A DNA stretch of 62,453 nt, counting the filler, from Dimargaris cristalligena (Eukaryota), in the NCBI GenBank assembly GCA_003614675.1. It is 11 parts of 11 records of this genome, joined end to end, with 100 filler letters (N's around TTAATTAATTAA, not from the genome) between each part and the next. Parts side by side here need not be neighbours in the genome. Positions count along the whole stretch, not along the records: positions 11,432 to 17,037 come from ML003604.1; positions 17,138 to 22,734 come from ML003605.1; positions 22,835 to 28,428 come from ML003606.1; 8 more parts are not named here. One strand, given 5' to 3'. Made by a program: the position numbers and the translations under genes. Below are positions 11,487 to 23,911 of this stretch, piece after piece. Below the pieces are notes generated by a model. The model worked only from the letters and a program-made list of their open reading frames with translations, ran no database searches and was not told the DNA's origin. Every line of letters begins with the position of its first letter. Position 1 is the stretch's first letter.

Positions 11487-13899
11487 GGTCCTCTTTGGTG
11501 ATATTGTCCGGGAGCTGGAAAAGGTAGGCACAGCTATGATGGAGCTTTTTGGCTGCTATGGAGGCAGTGAACTCCGCCGTATCCGTGCGAGTAGCTCTTG
11601 ATCGTACCCATACGCTACGCCCCATTCCCCCTCTTCATGAACAACTCAGCCTGTCGATCCACGTCATTCAATAGTAGCCTACTCCAGCAGACTGGGAATA
11701 ATACTTGCATGGGTAGGCTGACGATTATATGAGACCCAGTAAGACTTTGAATCCGCCCGTTGTATATCCTCTAAATCCCTTAAATGTCGCGTTCTGCTCC
11801 ACTATAAGTATTGCTCAATGGCTATTCATATACAATACCCTAATGTGGGTATTCAATAAAAAATATCGGCAATTGGTATTAATGTACCCCCCACAAGGGA
11901 GAAGCTGGTAGGTGTATTATACTTAGAGAGACCGGGCTTGTTATCTATCAGCTGGTTTTGATAGATTGGGAGAGACTACTATGGTATTATATCATGCTCA
12001 TTTCCTCTTCTATTACTCGTTTAATTAGCGAGTCGACGACCTTTTTTAACCCTCTACATGGCTCGACATATATAATGCTTTTTTTTTGGAATAGAATTGG
12101 TCCCCAGCTCATTAAGGAGGCTTTATACTCTGTGGCACTGCCACCCCCCTTTCCACACTGCGATTTCAAGAACAATCGGCTCGTCGCCCAAATTCTTTGT
12201 AGGATTGACATGGCTATTGGTTTGTATTCGTAGTGATCGCCAGCCATTAAGGTGTTGGCTATGCTACCTGGACTCGCCAGTTCTGGACTAGTCCCTACTA
12301 GTCTTCGTTATACACACTACTTTGTGGGCAAGTCAGCGGCGACGCCCCGTCCATTTGACCCCCCAGGTTTCTCAACATTTAATACCAGCACATTTCAGCA
12401 GTGAGAGTCCACCGATATTCCTCTCCCTTCCTTTGGTAATTTATCCGAAGGCTTGCATGAGATCCTAGTTTAAGAAGGATTTGGGGGCAGGTGTTAACGG
12501 GGGATAGCAAGATATGTACCCCCGGTCCCGGCACAACTATTGGGCTGAACACTTCACATAACCAATATCATTACAGGCAATACATCACGTAGGAAAATGT
12601 GACGATACTTAGTATTTCACGTTTCTAGTCTTTTTGACATGGATTATCGCAGTGGTTCGCCACTCAAATGTCTTTTTAGGGCTTATAGGGTAGACCCCCA
12701 AGTTAATACAGCCTCAGAGGTTGGCTCGACTGGGACTTATCAATAGGAAACAAGGGGGCGCTGTCGGCAATAGGGTGCGTAACTGCGGAGTACAGGCAGA
12801 GGTGGAATATGTAAGGGTTTATTGGAGACATTCCAATTAATTATGGTTGAAGAATACTAGGGTAATATTTACATGCAAGAATAATACCAAAGGGTTGCGT
12901 AAGGATAGCAATGGCAACACCAGTAGTTATCCGCTGGCATCCCGAAGATTCGTATGAGAACTGTAAGGGTTTTTGGATTGTTACAGACAAACAGGGAACA
13001 AGAAGGCGGGGTATACAGTGAATAGTAAGGTGATAATTAAAGGAAGGAGACTCCATGGGCTAGGAAGGTGTGAGGCCCATTTGATTTGAAAGCAGTCGAT
13101 GAGTGTAAATCACCCTGCCCATCTGGCTGTTACGGTGACCACTGTATTGGCCAAGGGACCTGATATAGAATTGGTGGTAGAGCTATAGGGGATGGGCATT
13201 TAGTGTATTAGCTCAGTTGTATAGCTAATTATCCAGGCACTAGGGAATTGAGTCCCCATTATGGAGTAAACCACCCCCTTTTTTCCTTGAGATATCAGGT
13301 TTTGGACAAGTCACCTGTATACCAGAAATTTTGGCCCAGAGAACTTACTTAAATACACGCAAATCGTAAACCAGTGTAACACATCCTTAAGCTACCGAAA
13401 ACAATTCCAACCCAACATAAATGAAATGCCCATATAAAATCACCACTTTGTATTGAGCCCATTTCTGGAACAAAGCACAGTCGCGGCATCCCTTTTACAT
13501 GAAGGTAAAGCAGCTATACCACCCCAGCTAGCCGAACCCATCCTATAGAGTCAGCATTCCCTACCTAACTCTAGATTCTCTTATACAAGAGTGCCACATA
13601 GTTTACCAATTTACCGTGTCCATTGTTTGTGGTTCGGTGCCAGCTTGTAGATTGGGCAATATCTGATATTTGGCATGCTATTATTCTCCACTGGCTGCTT
13701 TAAAATTATTCTATAATAACTTTTGATATATCAACGGTGACGTTTATAACGACTATCCATGTTTTATTGAGTACTATTGTCAATTAACTAAGTACCTCTT
13801 CTTGATCCGTGGATACCAGTGCTCTAACCAAATGCATCGTATCACTTGAAACTAAGATTTAGAATACAGGGTGCTTATGTATTGTTGAATAAGCGAGTA

Positions 13900-14740
13900 A
13901 GATGAGTGTTTTATCATGGTAATATAGCGAGGGAGATGTAGTGAAGTAATATGATAGCAGTAGGAATGCTAGTAAACTGAGGAACATCTGCGGAGCAGCC
14001 GTAGCACCAGTTATATAGTCGGTTCTAATTCTATGAAGCATGATCGATAGTACTTGGTTGATACGGGGTTGCTCCCAACAAGCGGCGCGATTTTGGGAGA
14101 GAACCAGTGGATGAGAGGGGGGGGGCGTGATGGCATCCTATCCAGTCTGCTTCTGGTGATGAGTGTCTCGGAAGTCGGGTTATTGGCACAGTGGACTGGG
14201 GCCATTCTTCATCAATGACCGGGGTTTCTAGTAGTCCAACACCCTGGTCATTGCGGGTTCGAGGCATGTTATCGTCAGACAAGGGTGGTATCACGCTAGT
14301 CTCATTAGGACTACGATCGGTCGTCGATATAGATGTAACAGTATCATTAGACTGACTAAAGCATTACCCAGGGATGGCTTTACCTGCTATACTACACCCG
14401 CCTTATCGGTATATAAGCTATGGGGTACGGGGCTCCATAGGCTCGTATATTTCCCACTACGGCTCATTCGTTAATATAAACCCAAGTGCTTCTCTAATCC
14501 ATACAGAGCACTGAACTTATCGTTGGGCGCAAGTCTCAAATAGACCGGTTCTCCATCGGCAACAATGTCTACTGCCGGCGCTACCTCCATCGCGTCTAAG
14601 CCTGTCGCGGTCACCATACCCCCTACGCCCCGCCCCCTCCCTATCCCTTCGTATGCATACACTACACCCGTTAATCCCACCAGCGACGAGAGTACCATAA
14701 CTACTGGACCAACTACTTGGTCTAAACTTTAGCAATTGCC
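13900..14740 (-). pseudogene. Probable decayed secreted or GPI-type Ser/Thr/Pro-rich gene
   Basis: Signal-like VVMVLSSLVGLTGVVYA, then broken ORF pieces in several frames, then a hydrophobic end TAAPQMFLSLLAFLLLSYY. Confidence 0.35.
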
Positions 14741-15142
14741 GCCGAATTACTAGGGGGGGGGGATAATCAACTCGATGGAGATCTATAGGATCAACAGATG
14801 GGCTAATTCATTTAACCTCGAATTCATTATTTTAGATCTCTCATTCAGCCTAACGGCAACCCGACCGCCCGTGCAAAAAAAGAGTGAAATAAAGGTGTAG
14901 TACCAAGGGCGTGATACTGTAACCGGGTAGGCCGAGTAGGGCGGAGAGCTATAAGTGAAATTGACTAAATAAGATGTCAAGTGGGGCAGGTGGATAAAAA
15001 ATGACTAAACGAGTTTAAACCTAAAGTAAGTATTTATTTCTAAGACAAAGAACGGTAGTTGGCCGCTCGGGGCGGTTTGTTTTATTCCTCTTGGATGAGG
15101 TGCTGCTCTTGTGCTGTTGGGGGGAGGATGTCCTCCTCCTTT

Positions 15143-15167
15143 GGGGGGGGGGGGGGGGGGGGGGGGG
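15143..15167 (+). repeat. Poly-G homopolymer (25 nt) inside an ORF fragment (poly-Pro on the minus strand)
   Basis: Seen directly in the sequence. Confidence 0.9.
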
Positions 15168-16260
15168 TCAGGCTGTCTCCGCCATAGTCCCGTAGGTCCT
15201 CCTCACTCGGGGAGGAATTACTGTGGGGGAGGCCTCTCCTGGTTGCAATACCATGTCCCACTGCGACTATCACGGGACTAGTCGAATACCAACTAGTACG
15301 ACAACATCCTTTCGAATATTAATTGGATTACCCATTACTCTCTTCCCCCATCACCTATGTTAACGGGCGGCGTCTCTATTAATAAATGCTCAGTAAAACT
15401 GGCGTAGACTTGCCTTACTAACATCAGCTCGGGTCTAATTACAACAATCTCGTCCCCATATTTTAATAAAGCCACTCAAGTATATCAGATTTTGAGTGAA
15501 ACATGAGTTGGTAAATAGACAGTATAATATTATTTCTAAGCATTGGCACCTAAATTACCCTATAGAATATTAGTACACCGGCGGATTAACCCATACCCAT
15601 ATCATATTTACTTTTCGTTTTTTTTAGATACCAGTGTGAATATTTATGCGAGATATTGGGCAGTACATAGAGTAGTAGAGTAGAGCGGAAAATGGAACAG
15701 TCGGTGAAAGGCTACAATGGAAAATCACCGTCTTTGAAGCTACAGCCCAATGTGCAATTTGGTTGAAGGAATACCCCTTGTCAAAGGAGTCTTTGTTCTC
15801 TTTCAGACATTGGGCAGGGAAGGGTAAGGCGGCCTGCAGGAGCTAGGAGGGTAGGTCCGAATATATATAAGACCTACGTTTCCCCCGACTCTATTCATTA
15901 CAACAACTGCCATCCACTTTTCCTTATTCCCACCGGCCATTCTCATACCACTTGTCCTATTTCCACTGCCCATTACATTCTTTGAAACCCAGTCCATCTA
16001 AGTAAGTGTATTGATATTATCCGGCCATTTAATTCCAACTCTGCGAATGAAAGACTAACTTTGGATGTCGCCGTTCCCTACTCTTACTTTCCTATTAACC
16101 AAGCCCTGCAAATAAATTTTTCGCCCAACCTTCCAACCTTTTGTACCATTTATTGATTAACTATGCTAGCCTCCCACCAAATCCCCGGACTCCGCGTGTC
16201 TCCACCTCCCCTGCATACTTTATCTCGGTAATCCACCCGACGCTCTCCAACTTGACCCCA

Positions 16261-16608
16261 ATGTATAACCAATGGAGCTATGCTATTCTGCTTGGACTCG
16301 TGATCCTGGTTTCCAGTATCCAACCCATTTCGACCAATCTACATGGGGATGGGCTTATCCCTACCCCCACCCTGCCCCATCACCCTCTTCTGACCAAACG
16401 GGACGACCCTAAAGTGGATTCAGCCAAAATGTCGAACTCCGACGCGGGAACCCCCGGTCCCGCAGGCTCGGTTAAGAATACAACTAATAAATCCAGCAAG
16501 ACCTTGGCGGGTAGAATATTTAGTAGCACCGGTGCGATCAAGTCCAGGGTAAAATCAACGGTGATTAATTTTAAGAACACATTGCCGGCAAAGACATATA
16601 AGCCTTAG
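16261..16608 (+). CDS. Small secreted protein, 115 aa: signal peptide, pro-region ending LTKR, Lys-rich basic mature part
   Basis: MYNQWSYAILLGLVILVSSIQP signal-like N-terminus. PLLTKR-DD Kex2-type site. Confidence 0.7.
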   Translation: MYNQWSYAILLGLVILVSSIQPISTNLHGDGLIPTPTLPHHPLLTKRDDPKVDSAKMSNSDAGTPGPAGSVKNTTNKSSKTLAGRIFSSTGAIKSRVKSTVINFKNTLPAKTYKP

Positions 16609-16891
16609 GCTGATTCTCGTCCACTAACCAATACATCCGATGGGAATTCACATTGTTCATCACCAGTTCGATTTAAATTTCTGCCTTAAAATCATTTTAC
16701 ATTCAACTAGCTCTTCGTCTAGTTCTATTTAGTTCTGAACACCACCTTTCAGACGTTAAGTAGTACCATTTGTCTCGCCACTTTGCTTTTTTTTTCATAC
16801 CTGTTAATTATTAACGATACTCTGACTTTATATTTACGGCTACGAGAATAAACACTAACCATATGGTCCTATATGATTTGAATGTACGAAG

Positions 16892-17037
16892 TGTCGCCCC
16901 TCCTAATCCGTCCTAATCCAACCGATGTGACCGCCGTCATATCAGGCCGTATAGCGCCATAATATACCCCCCGGCCCTAACCAGGCCGAACATCATTGAT
17001 ATCCCCTTAACCGGCCAGGCCTCCCGGAGTTCGCACT
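16892..17037 (+). mobile_element. Family A-related LTR 5' end, CpG-intact, cut by the contig end
   Basis: Starts TGTCGCCCCTCCTAATCCG. Near-identical to 39544-39688 and alignable to 575 onward. Confidence 0.75.
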
Positions 17038-17137
17038 NNNNNNNNNNNNNNNNNNNNNNNNNNNNNNNNNNNNNNNNNNNNTTAATTAATTAANNNNNNN
17101 NNNNNNNNNNNNNNNNNNNNNNNNNNNNNNNNNNNNN
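17038..17137. other. Artificial contig linker
   Basis: 44 N + TTAATTAATTAA + 44 N. Confidence 0.98.
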
Positions 17138-17207
17138 AACTTTTGACCAGTAATATTTACCTCATCAAATGGATTATTCGTTATACAGCCTGGATGAATA
17201 TCTGCCA
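17138..17207 (-). mobile_element. MITE half copy at the contig start
   Basis: CCAGTAATATTTACCTCATCAAATGGATTATTCGTTATACAGCCTGGATGAATATCTGCC-ATAT. Confidence 0.8.
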
Positions 17208-18474
17208 TATTGTTCACCGTGAGACTTTAGTCTCAGCAGTATAATGGAAAATCCGCTCGCTGACATAGTTTTCCCAGACTGAACTAAACACTAAATCCTA
17301 CTTCCCACCCATCGCTCTTTAAAACCCCAAAACGAATAGATTGTCTTTTCCGTCGCGTGATCTGGCCAAATAGGACCACAGACCGGTAGCCATGTTGTAT
17401 TTATCTGAAACTCCCCAAATATTGCATCGAATCCTCGGATAAAAAATAATATTTAGTTTTGTTCTCGTTACTGCGATGTGGGGAAACCAGTAGCTGGTTT
17501 AATGAAATAACCGACAACCCTTTTGCGCTTACCGGAGATTGGTAATACCCAAGTCCAATACGACATGGGCGAAGTATGTATTTTCTAATGCAATTAAAAG
17601 GTTCGATTGAATCAAACCAAATACTACTTCGTTCATTACTTACCATAGACATACACCATACAACAGCGTACCAGTGTCTACGTGCCCCTCAGGAATGCCA
17701 AATAAAATTAAAGAAACAATAAAAAACGTACCGATTTTGGGGATGGCCGCCAAGAGTATGGTGGCAAAGGTATGAGCGTGCTTTGTCCATAAAAAATACC
17801 GTCCCCTCTACTAGGTGGGCTGCCATCCACTTAATCTGCGCAATGTCGTCTATTCGGCTAAGAATATCATCGCATCTGGTGCACTAGGTGAATAGTATGG
17901 GAGTGTCGCCCGGGATATCCGGCCAAAAACAATGGCCAATATACAATGCCAACTTCGTTAAGCAACATTGTAAACCATCAAAATCTCTAAGGTGTAGCCA
18001 GCGAGGGTATTGTTTGGAACCGATGATGCTATTGTTCGACAAGTCCGTAATCACATACCCTAAATCACAATCATTTCACAATCACGGATTTATCGGGAGG
18101 CGCCAACACCGCCTGCCCCATCTACTCAAATATTCATAAACCCAGCAATAATTGCATATCTAGTCGCGGGCCTAACATGAAGGGTACGCCTATTGTCTGG
18201 TTCAAAACATGGCATCAATATATAACCGTCTGTCCACTGACTCGGCTAACGACTTCATTATTTTGGACCTCACTGTTTACCCCTATTTGTATCCTCGAAT
18301 ACCGCACGAAAAGCTCTACTTTTTTGCCATTAACCTATACTATTCGCAGTGTAAAAAATCACCCAAACCAGGTTATATCAATTTTGTTGAATTGTCGATT
18401 TTGCTAAAATACCATTTTAAACAGCTACCGGTCCCATTTTTTTTATTCGTCTCGTAAAAATACAGCATTTTCAA

Positions 18475-20586
18475 ATGCGGCTCTTCACTCTCCTCATTCC
18501 TCCGGTGGCTATTACTGCCGCGTATCAACTAGGTAAATGTGAATTATAGCCGCACCTAACCGCTAGCTGGCTGTATTAAATTATACGGTTATTTGCCCTT
18601 CTCAACTTTACCAATCATTACATGTATTTTAACAAATGGGTTCCACTGTTGAGCCTATGCGCTTGTTGAAAGGCTATGGGAGTCCAATCGTCAACTAATT
18701 TGTAGTTATTACCAATTCTACCATTTCTATTAAATCCAACCAGCTGGACAGGATCGAGATCTCTTCAATTCCAACCATCGAAAATAAGATATTCAACTCG
18801 CCAGCCGCTTTAGGTCGAGGTATGCTAGGGATGATAGCGTTGGGTACCCCGGCATTATGGGCCCGGAAGCAGCTCCTGCTCTTCGAGACCTATCCGATAA
18901 CACACAGCCATCTCCCCCTAATGCCCCGACGACTGGAGCTGGTCCCGAACAAACACCAACCAGCAATCTGACCAAGGTTACCCCCATCATCACACTCCTC
19001 GGCACTACTTCCGCTCCCCTCACCCCGATCGGAACCCCATCAGAGAGTACACCTGGAGCTATGCCCGACAGCACTCCCATCGGTACCCCACTCACAGACA
19101 CGCCTGGATCCATTATATCCACCACTCCAGTAGTTTCCACACCAGGTGCTACACCTAGCAACTCGCCGGTCATATCCAACCCAGTTGAAACCCCCTCTGG
19201 TACTTCCCCCGGGGCCACACCAGTCTCTGTCCCCACCAACGTAGCTCACGGGGTGTGACCCGAAACAACACCGCCTACTACACCTAAAATTACCATACCA
19301 GGCATTCACCTTCGGATATTCCTCCTACCACCCCAAGTGGTTTATTTACCGGCACTACCCCGGATGCGGTCCCCCATACCCCAATTCCAGATACTCTTGT
19401 AACCATGAGCCCCGCAGCTACTCCAATGGGTCTCCCCGGACCAACACCATTTGAGCATCCCCCCGTTAAGCCATCGTTTAATTCCCAGTCAAATACTTGG
19501 GGGCCAGCTACCACCCTCCTTATCTCTCCTTCGCAACCAACCACCCCGTCCATTTTCCCCACGGCCACTCCAACCACAAGTCCCGAAGTAATCAAAATTA
19601 CTTCGGCACCCGGGACAATTACACCCATTATTTCAAACCCCGTTACGGCATCATCTGCTATGGGTTTTCCGAATACCATTACTCGCAGACTATCAACTAT
19701 CCCCGGGGATCCGTTCACCTCGGAGAAATCGGCTTCGACGGGTCCATCTTATTCGCCGTCTGAGGTCACATCCATCCCCATCATCACCGACTTTGAACCA
19801 AGCAGAGTCCCAGCAACAACCGAAACAATACACAGTCTAAATTCTTGGGCAACTTCTCTGACAACAAATGGTGGAATATCTTCCCACGCGCCAATGCCCG
19901 CATCCTCGTATATAACATCAGCCCCCTCGATCAATTCAACTAGCCCCAATACGAACGATTCATTGGTTTTCGAATCGGTGACAAATAAATATCCGTTGGT
20001 CACTATTTCATCCCGAATCTCTGGGTCGCCACGGTCGCATCCTAACGATAATACCTCGACTTCAGGGAATAATGATCAATCAGAAGGGATAATATTAACT
20101 TCGCCATCGCCATCAGAAACGCAGTCCCCTTCATCCACCAATTACTCAACCGATACACATTTCATCCATCTGAGTCTTCCAACTTATAATGGACATCCAG
20201 CCCCAGCAGAAATTAGTACAGTTAGAGATACTTCAATTCTCTCCGAATTCGCAACTTCGACCCCTACTCCAGCATCAACCATTGTTGACCTTACTACTAC
20301 TACAGCTACTTCAACCCAGACCCAGACCCAGACCCACATCTCGTCACGAACTTCCCATTTCAAGAGCCGCAGTAATCCGGTTTCGAATGTCTCGTTTTCG
20401 TTGGGACTCTCCGCTGGCAAACCAAAAACCTCCATCATTACCATGTCTGCACCGGCCTCGACCAGCTAAAGTGGAGCGACGATCGTCCGACTGGGATCAC
20501 TAATCTTCCCCGCCCTCGGGTGGGACGTGTTGGCGGTGGTCCTACCCTTAGTCACCCTCGGTATTTCGGTAGCTAACTATGTTTAA
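18475..20586 (+). pseudogene. Disrupted GPI-anchored mucin-like (Thr/Pro/Ser-rich) gene
   Basis: Signal exon 18475-18532 (MRLFTLLIPPVAITAAYQL) and intron 18533-18743. In-frame stops at 18785 (TAA), 19256 (TGA) and 20467 (TAA), plus a frameshift near 19300. A GPI-type tail SGATIVRLGSLIFPALGWDVLAVVLPLVTLGISVANYV follows the last stop in frame. Confidence 0.75.
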
Positions 20587-21627
20587 ATACCTCCCAGTAT
20601 GTTCCAAGTAGGTATTACGGAATTCGCCCGCCGGTAGGCATTGGGATACCAATGCCTATTTTGATACCACCCCTCCCCACACACACATGTGTATATATAT
20701 AAAACGAAAGAAACCTGGCTCGTATCCAATAAATAGGCGGACTTGGCCCCGATTGGGGCATCCTATTGGAAGGTGCATCTTGGTGATCCAGGCCGGCTGG
20801 TCTTTTTTTCTCATTTTCGTTCTCGTATTTGCTTGCGGCTATCCACTATTCTCATGGTGTACCCAACCGACTTGTAAGATCTCCTCCGGTCGCAGGCACG
20901 TATGGCGATCGTAACATCTAAGCTTCACCCAGTTAAATATAACACGTGCCGATGGGCGTATTCACGTTGTGACAATCCGTGTGTGCTCTCCTCATTGGTT
21001 TAATCACACAGGCATGTAATATATTTGTCTCCGTTTCATCTGTTGACGCCTAAATAAATATACGTAATGAAATAATGATTGTACATGACTGATGAGCATT
21101 CTAATTCCGCCAACCCAGTTATGGATGGAATGCCAATCCACTGAAATCATTTTTGCATTATTGGGCATCCACACGGCCGATCACTTTTGCCTATTAATGA
21201 AAAGTCCTCTTAAATCAAGGGGAGGAGAGGATGTATACTGCTCCACCCGCCCAGGCTTAATGGTAAACTAGCGAACAATCGGGGAACTTCCAGGTAATCT
21301 CAATATTATTGACCGCACCACGATACAAACTCAATACCGAGGGTTTTTTTTGTCATACTTTAATCCTCGGCTGAAATGCCACCTCGCGGAACTATTGCGA
21401 CAGGTTCTATATAAAATGAGAAAATAATGGGCTTCAATTAAGCAATATCTACGAATATTCTATCAGGTCGAAGTACGTAGAGAATGGAACAGATGATTAG
21501 ACAGTATAATTACAGTTAATTTCCACAAATTTAACATACGGGCAAAAGATAGGAAATATAATGAAGAGGTCAGGGATAGGTGGAGGGGATGCTGTGAACC
21601 AGTAGCTCAACAAAGACATCGCCACGT

Positions 21628-22734
21628 TTAAATGAACGATGAACAGGACGAGCTCGGGATGAATTTGCTTAATTGGCATTTGGTGATTTGCTCTTCAAGG
21701 GCCTTGCTGAAGGTCTTCTGCGCCTCCGCCGTGGCATGTTGGAGAGTGTAGAACAGGGGGTCTTGATTAGACTGACCGACTTGTTTCTCGCCGTTCGGAC
21801 TGATGGTAAAGCTTAGGGTCCGGCCCAAAAAGAGGGACAGCTGTGGGGCCGTATCGCCAATAGACCGGGTAGATGCGACACTGCGACCTCCTACCGACCG
21901 GCTTCCGATGGTGGTGGACCGGGAGACGGATGCGCTAATTGGCTCGGGGACACTGGAAGCCCGGGCCATACTATGCGAGGCCGGGATTTGTTGGAGTGGA
22001 AATACAGGTTCGTCGTGGGGCGGGGAGGGTAGCAAACGGGGTGAGACAAAGGGACTTTTCATTTGTGACGCCGGTAGAGGGGAATCCCCCCGCTGATCGG
22101 TCCCATTGGTGGTTACACTAGGAAGAAAATTTCGGATAAGGGTCGCGTCGGGATCGGGCATGGCCGACCGAGTTGAAATTCGTCGGTCGAGAGAGTGTGC
22201 CACATGTGGACGGGAACCTAGCTCAGGGTTACCAAGGTAGCCCCCGCCCAGAGAAAGGATAGTAACGTGTTTGTTGCCCTCCACACAGGCCTGGACAATG
22301 ACCGAAAGCTCCGTCAAGTCAATGGCACGAACGCAGACCCAGGTGCGCTTGGTCATACTGCCCCAGCTCCGCATGGCCGGACTAGTGGAAATCAGCAACA
22401 CGTCATTGAAGAGCAGGAGCCGCATTGAGCTCTCAATCCGGACCTCATAGGCTATAGTCTCACTAATGAAAGTCCGACCCGGCCGGTACACCATCATGGG
22501 AACATTACGTAGTTGTTTGGAGAAATTCTGGACGGGAATGGTGTCCTTATCAGTCTCGGTGGGAAGATTGCTCTGATTAGCGTATTTCTCAAGCAGCGTA
22601 ATGGCCTGCTTCACTTGGTCGTGTTCCCAGTGCGAAGATGGGGTTTGCTTGAGCAGTTGACGCAAAAGTAGGGGGTACCGAGTTATGCGCTGCACCGGTA
22701 GGATGAGTAGAGAAGAAAGCGCATCATTCTTCAG
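21628..22734 (-). CDS. Rho guanine nucleotide exchange factor (DH-PH), 5'-truncated
   Basis: LSSLLILPVQRITRYPLLLRQLLKQTP is the DH conserved region 3. RLLLFNDVLLIS is PH-like. Confidence 0.88.
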   Translation of the reverse strand: MKNDALSSLLILPVQRITRYPLLLRQLLKQTPSSHWEHDQVKQAITLLEKYANQSNLPTETDKDTIPVQNFSKQLRNVPMMVYRPGRTFISETIAYEVRIESSMRLLLFNDVLLISTSPAMRSWGSMTKRTWVCVRAIDLTELSVIVQACVEGNKHVTILSLGGGYLGNPELGSRPHVAHSLDRRISTRSAMPDPDATLIRNFLPSVTTNGTDQRGDSPLPASQMKSPFVSPRLLPSPPHDEPVFPLQQIPASHSMARASSVPEPISASVSRSTTIGSRSVGGRSVASTRSIGDTAPQLSLFLGRTLSFTISPNGEKQVGQSNQDPLFYTLQHATAEAQKTFSKALEEQITKCQLSKFIPSSSCSSFI

Positions 22735-22834
22735 NNNNNNNNNNNNNNNNNNNNNNNNNNNNNNNNNNNNNNNNNNNNTTAATTAATTAANNNNNNNNNN
22801 NNNNNNNNNNNNNNNNNNNNNNNNNNNNNNNNNN
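22735..22834. other. Artificial contig linker
   Basis: 44 N + TTAATTAATTAA + 44 N. Confidence 0.98.
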
Positions 22835-22884
22835 TGCGAAAAATAGATAAAAAATAAAAGTAGGTAAAAAATGTGGTAAGTTCA

Positions 22885-23297
22885 CCACACAAGGGACATG
22901 CAGTGGGCACACTTACTGGCCAATATAATGGGTGAGCATATAGTGAGTTTATTGAGGTAAACTATGGGGGTACAGAATAAGCTAAGGAACTGAACCGGTC
23001 CCAGAGGGCCCCAGTTATTTATATGTGGGGACCACTCATGATGAGGGGTCCTTGAGAGTAATGGGATGACTAAGGAAGAGGCAAGGGGCAGGGCCTCAAC
23101 TGGGGGGCTTGCATCTGGAAGACTCAACTAAGAGAGAGAAGGAATATTGGATCAGCTGATGGAGTATTGTATGAGAAGCATTGGGGCCTGGTCATAGTGG
23201 GTTATATAGTAAGGGGAGAGTAATATGGCACAATAAGGCAAGATTGGATGGGATGATCAGTTATTCCCATATTTAGGGAGGATTAGGTGGGCCAACA
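22885..23297 (-). mobile_element. Family A LTR copy, diverged and 3'-truncated
   Basis: Shares GAATAAGCTAAGGAA..AACC.GTCCCA and CACTTACT.G.CAATA blocks. Starts TGTTGGCCCACCTAAT on the minus strand. Confidence 0.7.
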
Positions 23298-23911
23298 ATT
23301 TGGACTAGGAGCCTTTAAAGTAGTCATGGCATAAAATTCACCAAAATCTGGCCACAAGGGACCTTGAAACCCAATGGTAGGCCCAATGTTGGCACTGGAA
23401 ATAATCTTTATTCAGCTGGGGGGTCAATGGTGTTTGTGCTATGATGATACTATGCAGTGCAACCTAACTATATTTCTTAATGGCCAGCAACTAGAAGTGA
23501 ATATTCCCCGGCCTATTAAATAGCTAAAGCCTCCAAACTTGTAAGAGCTGATGCCTTTTACAGACACTCTTGGAAGATTGGTTATGGGTGTAGAGTATGC
23601 TATGGTGGTACTCGTAAATATATTATACCCAGCAAGGCTGCTCACTGGGCCTGTAGTTTAAAGCCAACCACATATGTATATATATGCATGTATTTATCTT
23701 GGTATAGCTAGCTCCATTCTTGGATGTTATACATCTCCCAATTCACCCTCTCTTGTGCTTTATCATGTTTATTCAATTTTATTCACAACATTTTTTTTAT
23801 GCCAATCAGGCTATAGCCTATTACATTATAGTGTTGTTGTCAATTGAAACTATTCACAAGTAGGATTTGCTTTATTCTGCTTTAACTGAGACTCCTTTTT
23901 ATCTGATTTTC

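Noticed and set aside
18793-20444. Antisense Gly/Val-rich ORFs
   Set aside because: They are shadows of the Thr/Pro-rich sense frame.
18785-20469. Stop-codon reassignment or selenocysteine to explain in-frame stops
   Set aside because: All three stop types terminate intact genes in this window, and the affected genes also have frameshifts or insertions.
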